From contig CM060732.1 of the NCBI GenBank assembly GCA_030704615.1, forward strand, positions 8,680,001 to 8,744,000: a stretch of 64,000 nt of DNA. The letters are read 5' to 3'. This document shows, one piece after another, positions 24,521-38,996 of this stretch; position 1 is the stretch's first letter, and each line of letters begins with the position of its first letter. The translations under genes were made by a program, and so were the position numbers. The stretch is from Takakia lepidozioides. Its lineage: Eukaryota; Plantae; Bryophyta. Below the pieces are notes generated by a model, which was given only the letters and a program-made list of their open reading frames with translations, was not told the origin of the DNA and made no database searches.

Positions 24521-26828
24521 CCTGCACTGAAGACAAAACCAAAGGAGGAAGATGACAATATACTTATTGGAAAACAAACAATAGCACATCAACCGGGGTA
24601 CAAATGAATCACATAAAAAACCAAACACATTCGTAAATTACTACTGAATTGGGCACAAAAAGGCATCTAGCCTTGAGAATGCACGACACACTTTTGGGGA
24701 ACAACGACATGACTGCACTTACCAGTTGACAGCTGGCCTTTCTTCGCACAAGTGCTCACAGACCTTCAGTGCCTTGCCAAGTCTCAAATACATACAGACA
24801 AGCATCTTGAATGGAGATAACCAAAGGGCCTGTAATCATCTCAATGGTTTTTCGTTCTATAATCAGGCAGCCTAGAACTACCAGCAGCAATACTGATTGC
24901 TGCCCCAACCCAACAACCCAAACCAAACCAAACCCAACAACCCTAGTATAGAGGTTAGAGCCCTTTGCATTGAAGTAAGACTTTCAAGAGGCCATTGTCA
25001 TGAGTTAACATTGTTAGGCTTACTGTAGTAGCACTATATGTGGTTTGGAAAGCTCAATTATTTGACATAGCTGTAAACAAACCCTTTATTAGACTCTGCT
25101 TGGCATAGCTAGAGAGAGAAGAGAAACTGACCAATCTCCTTTAACAGGGTGGCATCAGGCTCGGAAGGAGGACGATCAAACTTTCCACTTTGATCAGATC
25201 CAGATTCACATCTTGCCTCTCTAGGGCAGCCACTGCCACCACAGCTTTCACAATCTTTTCACAACAATCTCTGCCAAAATTCGCTGACACCTGCAACCCA
25301 GAATGCCAACCAACCCCGGGGTCAGTCCTGTAGGAATGTTGGCCGTAGCTTTTGGGCTAGTCATGTCATGGATTAATATAATCCAGGTTGCAACTGTTTC
25401 AAATAGATCTGAATGAAAGAGAAGCAGAGTTCCATCATGGACTTCCATTATCGTGCTCATTGAGTTCCATCATGGAGTGAGTGTTGCCACAAACCTGGCT
25501 TACAACTTTCACATGGGGTTATAGTCCTTAAGGCTCCTGCTTTACCAAGGCATGCACTTACCAGCAATCACGGGCCCGGAATCTGGACAAGGTATCATTG
25601 GACAGTAATGAGGTCATATGGTACAACAAAAGGCAGCATCCATCAACCTGCCAACTCTATGGCAACCCATCAAGTACCATCTATCATGCAATGTTGGGAC
25701 GGAGCTAATGTGATTTACTAGGCTGACTTGGTACAAATCTCAGAGACATGTCTTGAAAGTCACCATCCCCTTTTGAACTACATGTGTTAAATCTTACTAA
25801 ATTTCTATTTGAACCTAAACTTGTCAATTCATAGAACAAAATAGGAAGCCATGTTCGATTTATGGTGGATGTCACCTTGGATGTCAAAATATCTTTTCCT
25901 TTGTTTGTCCGCCATTTTGATATCAGAATTTCGACAATAACGTCGTTCTCATCGGTGAGGAGTAGCTCTGAGCAAAGACGAGCTAATGACTTGTACGTGC
26001 AATGGAATCCTTGGAAGCCTCGGTTCAGCATAACGCATTATAACAAACTGGGTCTCTCTTGCCACAACCCCTAGTCGTGACTTGGTGGAGAACTCTCCTT
26101 TAGTATAAGACCAGTAGATTGACAGGTGCAGAGGTTCAAACATTGCTGGGTGCCACAAACAAAGGAGAAGAGAGATTTGCAAACCTTCCTGGAAGTCACG
26201 GAGTCACGAAAGTCACGGAAAAAGGCCTTGACAGCAGCTCTGGTGGTGCAAGCAGCAGCCCCACGTAGATGCTTCTCTCTGCCCTCCTCTTATCTTCATT
26301 GAGCCATGGCTACACCCCACATTCATCTCTCAAACCCCCATCTCTCTCTCTCTCCCTCTCTCAGTTTCTCTCTCCCTCATAAGCTACAGAAAACAAAGTA
26401 TTATGAGTACATCTTTCTCTCATATGTACAGAAAATTCTTTCTCATTCGACAGAGGAAAATCATGTCATGATATCCCACAACTACTCAAATTTGAAATCA
26501 CAAGATCAGCTGTGCACTTCATATTGAGGACGACAACACCTTTCATGAGATCCTCCAGTCATGCCTCCATTCCTGAGACAACTACTGTGTTACCTGTGAA
26601 CTGAAGGCACAAGCTGGTCATAAAGACCTTTTTAAGTCTCTCAAAACAGCAGGGAAAAATCTTTGATCCTCCTGTATTCGGTGCCTTAGTTCCTTGAAAT
26701 ATGCTTAAGAGAGTAATTCTGGATATTTTAAGATTGAACTACATAGACAAGATAGAGCACATTCTAGTTCCAAGAGCATTCTCCAAGACTTTGTTTTGAA
26801 GGCTTTAGTGCAATTGGAATCCTAAGCT

Positions 26829-27826
26829 CTAGACTTCATCTTCATGTAGCAACATGTTGGGAACTCCTTTACTGACTGGAAATCTCCGCCCTGTCTCTGG
26901 GCATATCAAAGCACCCTCCTCCAAATGCACCTGTTTGCACCACATACAACACCTCTCTCTGAGAACCTTGTTATGAAGCTCAAGTCCAGAAAGATGTAAA
27001 GTGACATCAAAATGCCGGCCTCGTTGTTGGGGGAATCATCTCGACCCTCCCACCCCCATCCGAGAAAATGTGGAGTTCGAGTATTGGGGGAGACGCCAGC
27101 ACCGTTAAAAGCAGATAAACAGTGACTACCTCCTCACCGTGTTGGTTAGAGTCTGGTTTCTTTGCTCTGAAACTGACAGATTGAAAATGCTTTACACAGA
27201 TTGTTTAGGAAATATTACTTCTAGAGTTGTGCAGTGCATATCATTAATGATATCAATGCCAGCCCATAAGTCAACAATTAATTTCCTTAACCAGATACCT
27301 ATCGGCTATGCACAATCCATATGGTTGTCGGACACAGACATACACTAGTGGGCCACAATAAGGTTCGTATCAGATGGGGACTATGGGCCGAAGGGCAGGC
27401 CATGCCAACAGTTGCAGCGATGGATCCCCAAGGACATCTCTTTTTTCCTGAGCATAACACTTACAGAGGTATTAATAGTCAGGTGCAGAGTGCCCTGCAG
27501 GACGCCATCTGCCCGCCTCCCCAACGCCCCCCACCGTTCTTCTTTTCCGTCTGTCTGTATGGATGGCAAAGGTCTACAGAACCAGATGATGGGTTCTCAA
27601 GAACGAGAGGGTTCAAATAAACACACCACTAGCTGGGTAAGGCACTATTGTGCCCCAAATATGGCTCCTGCTAGTTTGACGTCTAACAAGAAATTTCACC
27701 AAAGCAGCAGGTAATACACAGAAACTAGACTGCTACCTCAAGCAGAGCGTGGTGGAATTTGTGGAGGAACTCTTCGTCCTCTAGCATTGTCGGCTCAACC
27801 TGCTTGGGGAGTTCGGTCAGCCCCAG
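26829..27826 (-). CDS. TRM112: TRM112 methyltransferase activator, last two exons (27737-27826, 26829-26930); 5' exons not found
   Basis: LGLTELPKQVEPTMLEDEEFLHKFHHALLE|VHLEEGALICPETGRRFPVSKGVPNMLLHEDEV*, with intact AG/GT boundaries. Confidence 0.88.
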
Positions 27827-29074
27827 CTACACACCCCTCCACCCACTCAAATTTGGTAGCCTGGCCAAATCTTTTGCATCTACAAGGTACTCCTTAGGGC
27901 AAGTCACAAAATTCAATAGACGTGCATTCAATATAAAACCATTTCCGCAGGGCACAAATTTGGCGTGGTCTCCTGTAGGGGTGTTGAGAGTGTAATACCA
28001 ACGTCGCTTTCAGCTACTATCACCCAATTTGCCAGTTATCTTTTGCCCAATACCAAGTAGTATCCGAGGTACTATCTACTCCAAATCAATTTCAGGTTCA
28101 TGTTTCAGGTCTGCCAGGGTAAAGCTCGAGTTGGCAGATGGGGAAGGAGAGAGCATGGAAGAACAGACATCTTTCTCTCATATGAGTACAGAAAACAAAG
28201 TTTTATGAGTACAAATATCTCTCATATGTTCATTGCACAACGCATTACACCATGTTTGTCAGATCGATCTGCCACACATGCATAACGACAAGATACACCT
28301 GCACTGCTCAAAGGACCGCTCTCCCAGAGTCACCGCTCAAAGCACCGCATGCAAGAGAGACGTCCGCCGGGACGGTCACAAATCTTCAGGACGCACAGCT
28401 GCATAGATATGCACAAGTACAAAGAGCACAACCCGTTCCCGAGCAGACTCGCTTCAAGATGGTGCCTAGAGAACGGCATTGAGAGGTAGAGAGCAGAATG
28501 TGAAGTCGTAATAGGTAGAGCACCTTAAGTTTCTCAACAATGCCTGTACTCGCTGCATGCAACTGTCGGCAGCCCCTGTTCGTAGGATAAGGGGTAGTCC
28601 GCTACCTGCGGAGTGCCAGAGAGAGACGTGTGAGGGGCCTGGATGGCGCCTCGCATGGAGAAGCTGGAAAGCCCGGCGAACAGCGCCCTCCTCACGAATG
28701 CCCCCGCAAGATACGATGAGCGTCTCAAGAGCGCCTAGAGTTGATGCGCGCGCGAGGCCACGGATTGCGTTGAGCACGCAACTGAGAGCTTGCAGCAGAG
28801 AGCTTGCCGCGGGTGAACGATGGCGCAAAAACGAGGGAAACTTGACAATGATGGTGCGAAACCCAAAGCCTACGTGACAATCGCATGTAGCACTTCCGCT
28901 TCAAAGGTGCAAGTGGAGACACTCTTTTCCCTGGCAATCAGCCATTGCCAACGTACCACTGTGGGTGCCAAGGTGTACTTTTTTTTATTGCGCAAGTAGG
29001 AGGTCTCTTTAGTGTAACAACCAAGAACGGGCAGAATTCAAGAAAACAAAACTCGCGGCCTTCTTAAGGGCCCA

Positions 29075-29560
29075 TTAAACTTCTAATGGGGCAAGTTTTG
29101 TTCCAGTTGACTTGCAGATAAAGTGGCTGCAGTTCGTGGCTGCAGTTCTGTCCAGATTGGTTTGGCTTGCTTGAAGCATAAGGAAAGTGTCATCTACATA
29201 CATGGACTCCCTGATATAGGCATGTTGGTGAGTTATGTAACTAGTGATTCTAAGACCCAGAATCTGCCTGTCTGCCTGTAGCATGTATCCCAGCGTATCG
29301 GCCGCAATAATGAAGAGGAAAGGAGCCAGGGGGCAGCCCTGATGGACAGAACAATGAAGGTTGAATGGCTTTGACACGGAGCCATTGATAATTACCCTGT
29401 TGGTTGAGCCGCTCAGTAAATGTGAACCCACTGGCAGAACGAGGGAGGCAAACCAATCTTGGCCAGGGTGCCCATCAGGAAAGGCCTTTCTACCCTGTCA
29501 AACGTTTTTTCAAAGTCTAGTAGAATCAGGGCAATAGCCTGCTGGGTTTGAAGGGCGTGG
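29075..29560 (-). mobile_element. L1-like LINE RT fragment
   Basis: LILLDFEKTFDRV...SVHQGCPLAPFLF...MYVDDT; frameshifted. Confidence 0.88.
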
Positions 29561-30069
29561 TGAGGAAGCTCTTGTGCTAGAAGGGGGCTGCATATTGTGG
29601 TGTCATGTCTAGACAAGAAAGAAATTGTAGTGGGAGAGGAGGAACCCCCAGGAACACGATGCTAACCGCCTCATCAGCCAGCCATGTCCCAGAGGGGGCG
29701 CTCACGACTCTTCCTCCCCCATCTTCCTGCCCCCTCTATTGTCATATGTTGATAATATGTGAAGCCATTATCAGCCATTATCAGCCATTATCATATTATA
29801 CTCTCATTGATATGTATGATGGTCATCGGGGCCAGATTGTGCCTACAAGGGATTCCCCAAAGAACCCCCAAAGAGGGTCGAAACATACAAGGAGGACTTC
29901 CCCAGTGACGTTTGGCGTGTTCAATGGATCAGACCTAAATGCATTTTGGGTGCGATTTCTGCTGCATTCAGTGTATGTATATTATAGAGCGCGTTTTTTG
30001 TTGATGTATCCTACATGATGTTCATGCTTTATCTTCCTACATAACTCTTTCCCACATGTTGATTTGCAG

Positions 30070-32847
30070 GATGCAGTGAGAAAGAAGAAGGGAGTTGCTC
30101 CGGCAGGTGTCTTCAACCATCCCTCCCCACGTCTTCAACCAACCCCGGATGGAAGAGGCCCTCCCTCCTTTCCACCTAACACTGGTGCGTTTTATCCCCC
30201 TGGCATTCAGAGGTATGCACAGTATCAACAACAGACTGCTCATGTTCCAGCCACCCCTGAAATTCACCCGCCCTTTTCTCAGTCCTACAATGCAAACAGC
30301 CCGTCAGGGGAGAACCGGTCATGTGCAGGTCCAAGTAGTCCTGCAGTTCCGTGTGGGGCATTTCCGCAAACTGGGGAAGCACAACATGCTCCTATTCAGC
30401 ATGGGCACTACCACAAAGGTGTGTGGTACCCTCACCCCAACCCTCCCCCACCTGTGTATCCTCCCCAGGCAACGTATCCCAGAAGCCCCATGTATAGTGC
30501 GCCGCTGCATGGCCCTTATTCCAGGTAGCCCACAGCTTCACCCAATCGCACTACTTCGCGGCCTCTTCAATTCCCAAGCTCACCAGCTCCGAGCACAGGT
30601 TATGTTCCTGTCCACCCCACACCCCACGTTGGTGCGTGGCAGGATTCATGTCCGCCCGCAGGGCCCCATGTTGCAGGTTGTGAGGGAGGAGAGGAGGCCC
30701 GTGATTCCAATATTGACTCCAGATGCGCAACATTTGACTGGCAAGGACAGAGCCAATTTTTTGCGCAAGGCGAGGAGAGCAGACGGAAAGGGTTGAAGAA
30801 AACGGCTTGTGCAAATGTGGCTGCTGGGCAAAAGAGATTCATAGTTGCCTGTGGCAAAAATGGCCCATGTGGGGATGCACGGAATGACTGGCTGGCAGCC
30901 CTGCGAGGGCAATGCCAACGTGTGTTGGACTGTTCTGTGCCCATCCATCTTCAACCTCAAAGTCTAATTGACGAGGTGGGTGAACTATTAGCAGACGATT
31001 GGGAATATTTACCTCCTGGGATAACTGGTGCCCAACTTCGAACTAAGATTGGAGGCGTCATTAAATACCAGCGCATCAAATTGCTTAGAAAAGTGTACTC
31101 CCGTGGCAAACCTAAGCCCCACTATGTTGCGGACAAGACTTGGGCAGAATTAGTGAGGCATTGGAACACTCCCGAATGGCAAAAGAGTCGTGATAATGGC
31201 AAGCATGCACGGGGGCATGTTGGTACCCCTTCGAGATCTGGACGCAGTGGCCTTAACGGCGTTGAGGAACGTCTGGTAAATCTGTCTGTCTCATGACATT
31301 GCCAATATATTCAGGTAGTGAGGTGTCTTGTCATTTGTATCCTACTCTTAGAGGATGGCACTGACATTCCCATATCCTGTCCATGTGTAGGCTAAGACAA
31401 GTGGTCGTCCTCCACTTCTATCCGAAATTTCGGGGAGCAAGAATAGCAACAAGGGGTATGGTTCTGATTCAGCAGGGGCCACCCGTTCTGTAAGTAACTA
31501 ACCCACCTGCATGTGTAGCAATGATGTGCTTGTCAATTATTTATGGTTTTGCCTTCTTGTACATATGCCAATAAATTACCTCGCATGGCTAGTGCGATCG
31601 ATGTATTGAATCGTATTTGCACTCTATTTGTGGCAGGGCCTCGGAGCATTGGCTTCTCGGCTTGATGGCTTGGAAGGATGGAAACATACAATGGAGGCCA
31701 GCTCAATGGAGCACAAATTGGAATTGCAGGTAGTGAAATCCATGTTTGCCGCTGCAGTATCTAAGACAGAGAAGTTCAACATGGCATTGGCAGCGAGGCT
31801 TGGTTTGGACCTGCCGAGGGATGAATCTCCATCAGCATCAAGCATTGTGTGTGAGTTGTCGCCCCCTGTTCATGGTGTTGTCCCACCTGCGACTACTGTG
31901 GAAATGACAAGTGCAGGTGAGCAGCCTTCTAGCAGTGGAGGCAGTGGACAAAGGAAAGGGGGCAGTATTGTGGAAGAAGATGCCACAGGTGAGGACAACG
32001 TTCAGAACATGGCATGTGACGATCCTTGCCTTAATTATGGTGCCAATGATGACCTATCCCCCCTTATTGAGAAGGGAGTGCCTTTAGTGGAGGATCACAC
32101 CGGCAGTGAACTTAGACAGAGTGCCGAAGACATAGGGGCAGGGGCTAAGGGCACATGAGTGGTTATTGTTGGGGCAGGGAAGAACATTGATTCAACAACA
32201 AAATTGGCCGTTGTTCGGAAAGTAAGTACTCGTGTTCCTATATTCTTGTGCTGTTCCAAGTCGATTATGCAATACCTGCAGGCCGTTCATGAATTATGTG
32301 TACATGTGTGGGTTTCTATTGATTCAGAAGCCACCAAAGGAAATTGTTGCGGTGAAGATGACCAAGAAGTCCGCAAGACTTGCTGCCAGCAACGTTGTTG
32401 GGAGCCGTATGGGAAGCTTCAAACCACCGGCTCCAGTTGTAAGTTTTCCTTCGTGGAAGTACATCCGTATTTTGTTTGCAGGGCTATATGATGACATCTC
32501 GCATTTTCCCTGTCCACAACTGTTTCATGTGTATAACAAATGACAATGGCACACATTGGTGGTGTTGGTTGTTCCAGTTTCAGGTTGGTGACAAGGTCAC
32601 AATGTTTGACCCCAATGCACCCAAACGGAAGGCAGGCGTGGGCCATATATTGGGCATGTCGACTGACTGGCCGGCTTATGTCGTTCCTGCCGATTATCAT
32701 GTTGTCTCGGTTGAAGCAGTACATGGGGCAGATGTTGCTCTACCATACCCCAACAATGATGTTAGGCCTTCCGTTGTGATGCTTAGTGACACTGTAGGCA
32801 ACGTGGCCCTGTGGTCTGCCAAGTTCCTCAAACTGACCCAAACATGA
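30070..32847 (+). mobile_element. CACTA TnpA-like multi-exon gene (Ptta/En/Spm and Tnp1-like domains)
   Basis: KPHYVADKTWAELVRHWNTPEWQK...SRSGRSG; last exon VGDKVTMFD...YHVVSVEAV..DVALPYPN...ALWSAKFL. Confidence 0.7.
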
Positions 32848-33139
32848 GGTTCTGGGGGATCCTCAGTTTGAAGGCAATTTTGACTGAACGCCACTTCATA
32901 TCGATTTCACCTTTTCTTCGTGATTTTGCGCATCAATGTAGGATTTGTGGGGTTGTGATCAGCAGTGCAGACTCTGCAATACTTGCATGTTCAGACTAAA
33001 TTGTATTTGGGCAATGAAGGGCGTACCAAACTTTGAAGCACCCTTGCATCTGGTCATTCTTTTTGTTGTTCTGGCCATGCTTAGTCAATTCTTCATGTCA
33101 TGAGCAGGTTGTTGCCGTGGTGCTTTGGAATTGTGTTTA

Positions 33140-34085
33140 TGTATAGGAGTCATATTTCACATGGACTGTGAAACTGACAGTGTGGACAGTATCACGATTT
33201 GTGATATGATCATGATGCCTGTGGATTAATTGTGCACACCATGACGTCACAGATATGTGAAATCAACCGTAGCTTGCCTGTGGCATCCTCCACATTTTTG
33301 TGGAATGACCTACAACATCAGCAGTAGAATATTTCACACCCACTATGGTATGCTCCACAGTTATGTGGAATGACCTACAGTATAGGCAGTAAAATACTCC
33401 ACACCCACTCCATGCAGATTACGCTACGTGCCGTCCTCTCCAAAATACACGTGTTGCCCATACCGTTGCCCACATGTCGTGAAGCCCTGGTGACAGGGTG
33501 TCGCATCATTTTTCCATAGGTGTGGACAAGTCCACACCCTTTGTACGTTTAGGATCCACGTGGCGGTGTTTGCCAGCACGTGGCCCCTGAAACTTGCTGA
33601 AGCTGTGAAAACAGCCAGTGGATGGTCTCACACTGAATGGCTTTTTTCACACCCACATGCCATGCCAGATGTCCACTCCACATAAGTGTACATCGCCTCT
33701 TCGTGTCCATATACATGTCATCCCACAAAAATACACATGTTGCACACACCATTGCCCAGATGTCGTCAAACCCTGGTGACAGGCTGTCGCATGGTTTTCC
33801 CGTAGGTGTGGACAAGTCCACACCTTTGTACGTCTAGGATCCACGTGGCGGTGTTCGCCAAAGCACATGTCGCCCGTGGAAAAAGCCATGAACCCCGTGA
33901 AAAAGGCTACCCGTGGATTCAGCCACCCGTGGACTTTTCCACAAGGCCACCCGAGAGCCAGGCCGTCCACGGGGTGTCCGAAAGCACTAGTCGTTTCTTA
34001 CACCCACGGCAAGTGTGGACTGGGGCAGATTCCACGGCAAAATGTGTGAAAAAAACCGTGGAAAAAGCCGGTTTCTCTTCTAGTG
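33140..34085 (+). mobile_element. CACTA right terminus with CCAC/GTGG subterminal repeats
   Basis: Ends ...GGTTTCTCTTCTAGTG (reverse complement CACTAGAAGAGAAA); internal duplication ~33440-33570 / ~33725-33855. Confidence 0.8.
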
Positions 34086-34095
34086 AATGTTATAC

Positions 34096-34097
<2 letters not shown>

Positions 34098-34128
<31 letters not shown>
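34098..34128. repeat. (CT)n microsatellite
   Basis: Direct reading. Confidence 0.95.
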
Positions 34129-34130
<2 letters not shown>

Positions 34131-35794
34131 CCATCTGGGTTCATGTTTGTAATTGCCCACTGCGAGGGAAATCTGAAGACAATATCCATTTTCTGATACA
34201 TTATTTGGAATATTCTTGCCCGAGAGTGACCCTCTTCAGGACCATCAAGAACATTGTCTCGACACCTCTGTTCACCAACTTTCAAAATCTTGAGGCTGAG
34301 CATAAAGCCCTGGCCTTGTTGGTGTCTAACTTTTGGGCTGCCCACACACAGCAGATTGCTGCTTGTGTGAAGGGCTTCCTAGAGGATAGCTGGAAAGCCC
34401 GAACTAATTGTTTGTATTAAGGTAAGTCATAGTACCGGAGTGAGCCCCTCACAAAGGTAGTTTCTGGTCCCTATTGTTCTGCTCAAACTGGCGCAGGGTC
34501 TATGGCCACAAGGCTATGGGAAACAAAGTTTTATGAGTACATGTCTCTGGGCCACCTTGGCCTCTGTGGACGTGATAAATTTCTTCTCCTCCTCTCCGTT
34601 CTTTTTTCCAACACAACAGAAAGCTTCTTTCTTTCTGTGGATGTTATGAAGTACCATTTCATTTCATAACACTTTCTTCTCTCTCTCTTTCATGTTTCTT
34701 TCATTCTCTTGTTCCATAAGCTCTTTGAGCTTTCCGCAGACGTTATAAAGTACCACTTCATCTCCTTTTCCTTTTCCTTTGCCTTTCTTCTCAGGAGGAA
34801 AAGTTATGAGCCTCTCCATGTGGAACCCTGGGACTTGCCAAAGCACCAAGAAACCCATGGTGACATCTAGCCCCTCACTCACCAGGTACGATGCCTCGAC
34901 GATAAGCCCTCAACCCTACACAAGACCATGGGTTACTTCCCCCACAGGTTTTCAACACTTTACCGGCTCAAATCGGGAGTTTATTGTACACACTCCCACT
35001 GGGCCTCCAACCGACATAATAACTCCATCTTGTTCTTGTATTTGTCCTGTCCCTCCCATGGGTTCTTTGAGCTTCCAGTGGACATTATGAAGTTCTTGCT
35101 TGCTTGCTTTTTGCTCTGGGGACTAAATTGCATTTTCTTGTTGTTTTTCTCCTCAAGGTATAACACAACAAAAGTGCACATGGAATGGTCCAAGTGTAAG
35201 TTTCACTCCAACCCTTCAATCTGCAGTATGCCCCAACCCTCAGACATTTTTGGACTAACTTCTCATGACTGGTTCCAAGAGAGTTTCTATCCTATGGAAT
35301 TATGCCATTTCCAAGCAGCTCAGAATTTAACTTGTTATCTTCTCATGAAAGCCAATCTATGCGTGACGCCAGAGAGAAGCAGAGCCTGATAGGTGAGTCA
35401 CTGAGCACATACCCAACTGTGTCCTGATGATACAATCACCTTGATACAGATGGCACAGTGACCAACTGTAGATTCAGTCAAGGATAAAATTCCTTATCGT
35501 GTAAGTGACTCAGTAAAGTGTTGGAGCTCTTTTGCTCTATAGTAACACACTCTGTCATTCTTTACTGTGCATTGTACTTACCATGATGTGCGCTAGACTA
35601 CCTTTGTGCCTGTATCCCACCCCGCACAGATGTCCACTCTTTTGCTCACAGGCTATAGTGTCCAAAGATAGACGGTCATCTAGACTGTGTCTATCAGACC
35701 CTATATACTTTGTGGGTTGAATCAGAGGCATGCTAAACCCTCCACAAGCACCAGGGATTATCACCTGACTTCCTCTGAATATTTTCTTTTTTTT

Positions 35795-36330
35795 ATAATC
35801 TTAAGCGGCCGCCACATTGGCGGTCGCTTAATTCCTTAAAATTAAAAAAAATGACCACCATTTTTTAGTTTTTATTTTTTTGGGTTGTTTCGCTCTGTTT
35901 TTTGTTAAACTTTATCCAGCAACTAGCAATCTGGCGGTCGCTGAATTTTTAAAAATTAAAAACAAATCTCCCATTTTTTTATTCCCTTCTCGCTTTAAGT
36001 TTAAACAGCGACTGCCATATTGGCGGTTGCTTTATTTTCATTTAAAAAAAATATTAAGCGACTGCCAGATTGGCGGTCATTTAATTCTTTAATCGCCAAT
36101 ATGGTGGTCATTTTATTTTGTTTTTCCAAAAACATATTAAACGACCGCCAATCTGACGGTCTCTTTAATTTTTTTAAATAAAAATCGACCGCCAATTTTT
36201 TTCTTTCGATTCTTATTTATTTATTTTGTTGATTAAAATTTTGAAACAGCGACCACCAATTTGGCAGTCACTTTTTTCTTTTTTTTAGAAAAATATTAAG
36301 CGACCATCAAATTGGCGGTCGCTTAGATTT
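35795..36330. repeat. GCGACCGCCA-N3-TGGCGGTCGC hairpin array (MITE-like); further copies at 37640-37760
   Basis: About nine palindromes separated by AT-rich spacers. Confidence 0.8.
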
Positions 36331-36492
36331 TTAATAAAAAACAAAATGGGGGTTGGTTGAACTAGACAGGCATCCAATTTGATTTGAAGATCTTCAATGA
36401 AATAGAGATGAAGAGGAAGTTGTCGAGACAGAAATCCAATTCATTAGGGCTGACTTTAAATCATAGAAACAAGTTTTCCTACTCATAAAACA

Positions 36493-37123
36493 TTGAATGC
36501 CACCACATTGGGTACAAAGGCTGCTACAAGAAAGCCCAAGCGTGGTCCAAGGGCTTCTGCCACAGAAAGTGACAGTACTATGATTGCTGAAAAGGTATGG
36601 AGTTTGTATACACAAAGGGCTAACTCAAATTGCTACATCAAATTGACAAAGGTGACATGTTTGAAATCTACTTGTGGCCTCCACTTGTCTGAGTTCCATT
36701 GAATGATCCAATCAACTACTCAGTTCACACTCTTAGTCTCCCTTAAGGGATGCTTGGGAGTGGGTTTGTACTATGTAGAGGCTTCTCCGTAGTATTTGGA
36801 TTCATTCTATTCATTTAATGAGTGTGTCCAGATTGATCAATGTTGTTACCATAAAGGCCAAATTGTTCCGATCTATGTTATAAATAATTTCTCTAACTCC
36901 CTCAAACTGGCAGCATCAGGCCTGCTCTGTTGTCTCTTACTTATCATACTTGTGTTCCTTTGCATGGCATCTGATTGGTCAGGTCTAAAGCAACTATATT
37001 GAAGGCAAGCTGAAGGATCTGACAGTCAATGAATTGAAGAATTTTCTTAGTACACAAATGGTCAAGATAAGTGCAAGAACGAAAGACGAACTCATTGAAC
37101 GTGTGGTTCAGCTACTAAAATAA
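36493..37123 (+). pseudogene. Two-exon 3' gene remnant ending in a SAP-like domain
   Basis: Exon ending 36594 (...MIAEK|gt); exon 36983-37123 V*SNYIEGKLKDLTVNELKNFL...KDELIERVVQLLK* with a premature TAA. Confidence 0.5.
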
Positions 37124-38996
37124 CATCTCTGGGCATACTCTGCTCTAATTTCAGTTCCTGATAGGTAGCGGTCGTGTTGTGAAAAAGTATGCTCGAGTAT
37201 GGAACATGTACTCAGACAAGTGTGTATTATGAAAGCACTCTGTCACCTACCCTACTACTCAACACAACTAATATTTCCCCCTGTTGGGAAGAAATAGACA
37301 AGTTTCTTTCACAAGAAGACACCACTGCAGGCGATGTTATAGCCATCAGTCTCTGCTGATATCTCATCAGTCTCCTCCAAGGACGTTTGATCTGAAGTGG
37401 TAAACACCAGCACATGACAAAATAAAATCCTCGAGTTGTTGAGGACGAACTTTGAACAACCGAATGTCATTTTTTATTTTATTTTTTAAAAAACAAAGGA
37501 AAACACATGGGAGCGACTGCTCACAAATCAGGCCCCTTAAATGTGGTGCCTCTTTCATAGATACCGCCGTAAGGCGCTGAGAGATGAGACACTGCCCATG
37601 GGATGGGGCACTTTTTCTTTCTCAAAAATTAGGGGAAAAAAAACGACGTGACCGCCAATATGGCGGTCGCTTCACATTTTTAAATTAAAGAAAGATAGCC
37701 GCCAATTATGCGGTCACTTAATTGTTCATTTTTTTAAAAACAACGACCACCAATCTGGCATGGCCTCATAGATACTTGCCGAAGCTCCACAGACATCACT
37801 TCTAAAAACAGCCCACAACTCCTTCCAAACCCTTCTACTCTGTTTATGGCTTCCTAGTGGTCGTCTTTCACAAAGTGTCGAGGCGACTGCCGACCGGTCG
37901 ACCATGAAGATTGTTTAGAACCTTCCTAGGCCATTCCAAATCATCACGTATTTCCCTTCGTTGCGATGACATTGCAAAAAATGAGATATGACCAATGCAC
38001 AGGTGCAAAACATTGTGAAAATGTGTCACATCAACCGTTTGAGGCCTAGGAGGAGACATGAGATGCAGACAATGAATAATTATGGGATGCGTTAACTTGC
38101 ACTAATCAACATTTCTGGCATACTGCCAACTGATGGTTGCCATCCAAATGATTTTTGTTTGCTTTCAAACTTTGCTAGCATTCTCGGCGTACCATCCGAA
38201 AGGTCCCGGACAAATATGAGATCAAACGAAACTCATTCAAAGGACGATCAAATAGTTGACCATCCAAATGATTTTTGTTTGCTTTGAAAATTTCGCCAGT
38301 ATGTTCAACATACCATTTGATATGTCTTGGAGAAATATGAGATCAATCAAAATTCATTCAAAGGGCAATCGAATAGTTGACCATCCAAATTATTTATGTT
38401 TACTTTGAAACTTTGTCAGTATATTCAACATACCATCTCACAGGTCCTGGGCAAATATGAGATCAAACGGAATTCATTCAATGGGCCAACAGACGGTTTC
38501 CCATCAAAATGATTTTTGTTTGCTTCGAAACTTTGCCAGTGTGTTCAACAAATCATAGGTCCTGGACAAATATGACATCAAAATCTAATAGGTCCTGGAC
38601 AAATATGAGATCAAACGAGATTCATTCAATGGGCCAATGGACGATTTCCCATCAAAATGATTTTTGTTTGCTTCGAAACTTTGTTTAAATGTTCAACATA
38701 CCATCTCAAAGGTCCCGGACAAATATGAGATCAATCGAAATTCATTCAATGGGCCAACGGATGGTTGTCCATCCAAATGATTTTTGTTTGCTTTGAAACT
38801 TTGCTTGTATGTGCAATATACCATCTTACAGGTCCCGGAAAATATGAGATCAATCGAAACTCATTCAAAGGCGATCAAATCGTTGTCTATCCAAATGATT
38901 TTTGTTTGCTTTCAAACTTTGCCAGTATGTTCATCATACCATCTAACAGGTCCTGGACTAATATGAGATCAATCGAACAGAAGCATAAATTGGAAA

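Noticed and set aside
24700-26200. Exon-like minus-strand ORFs
   Set aside because: No recognisable domain and multiple stops in all frames.
28725-28937. MRLSRR as a possible TRM112 start
   Set aside because: No similarity to the conserved MRLLTHN N-terminus beyond three residues.
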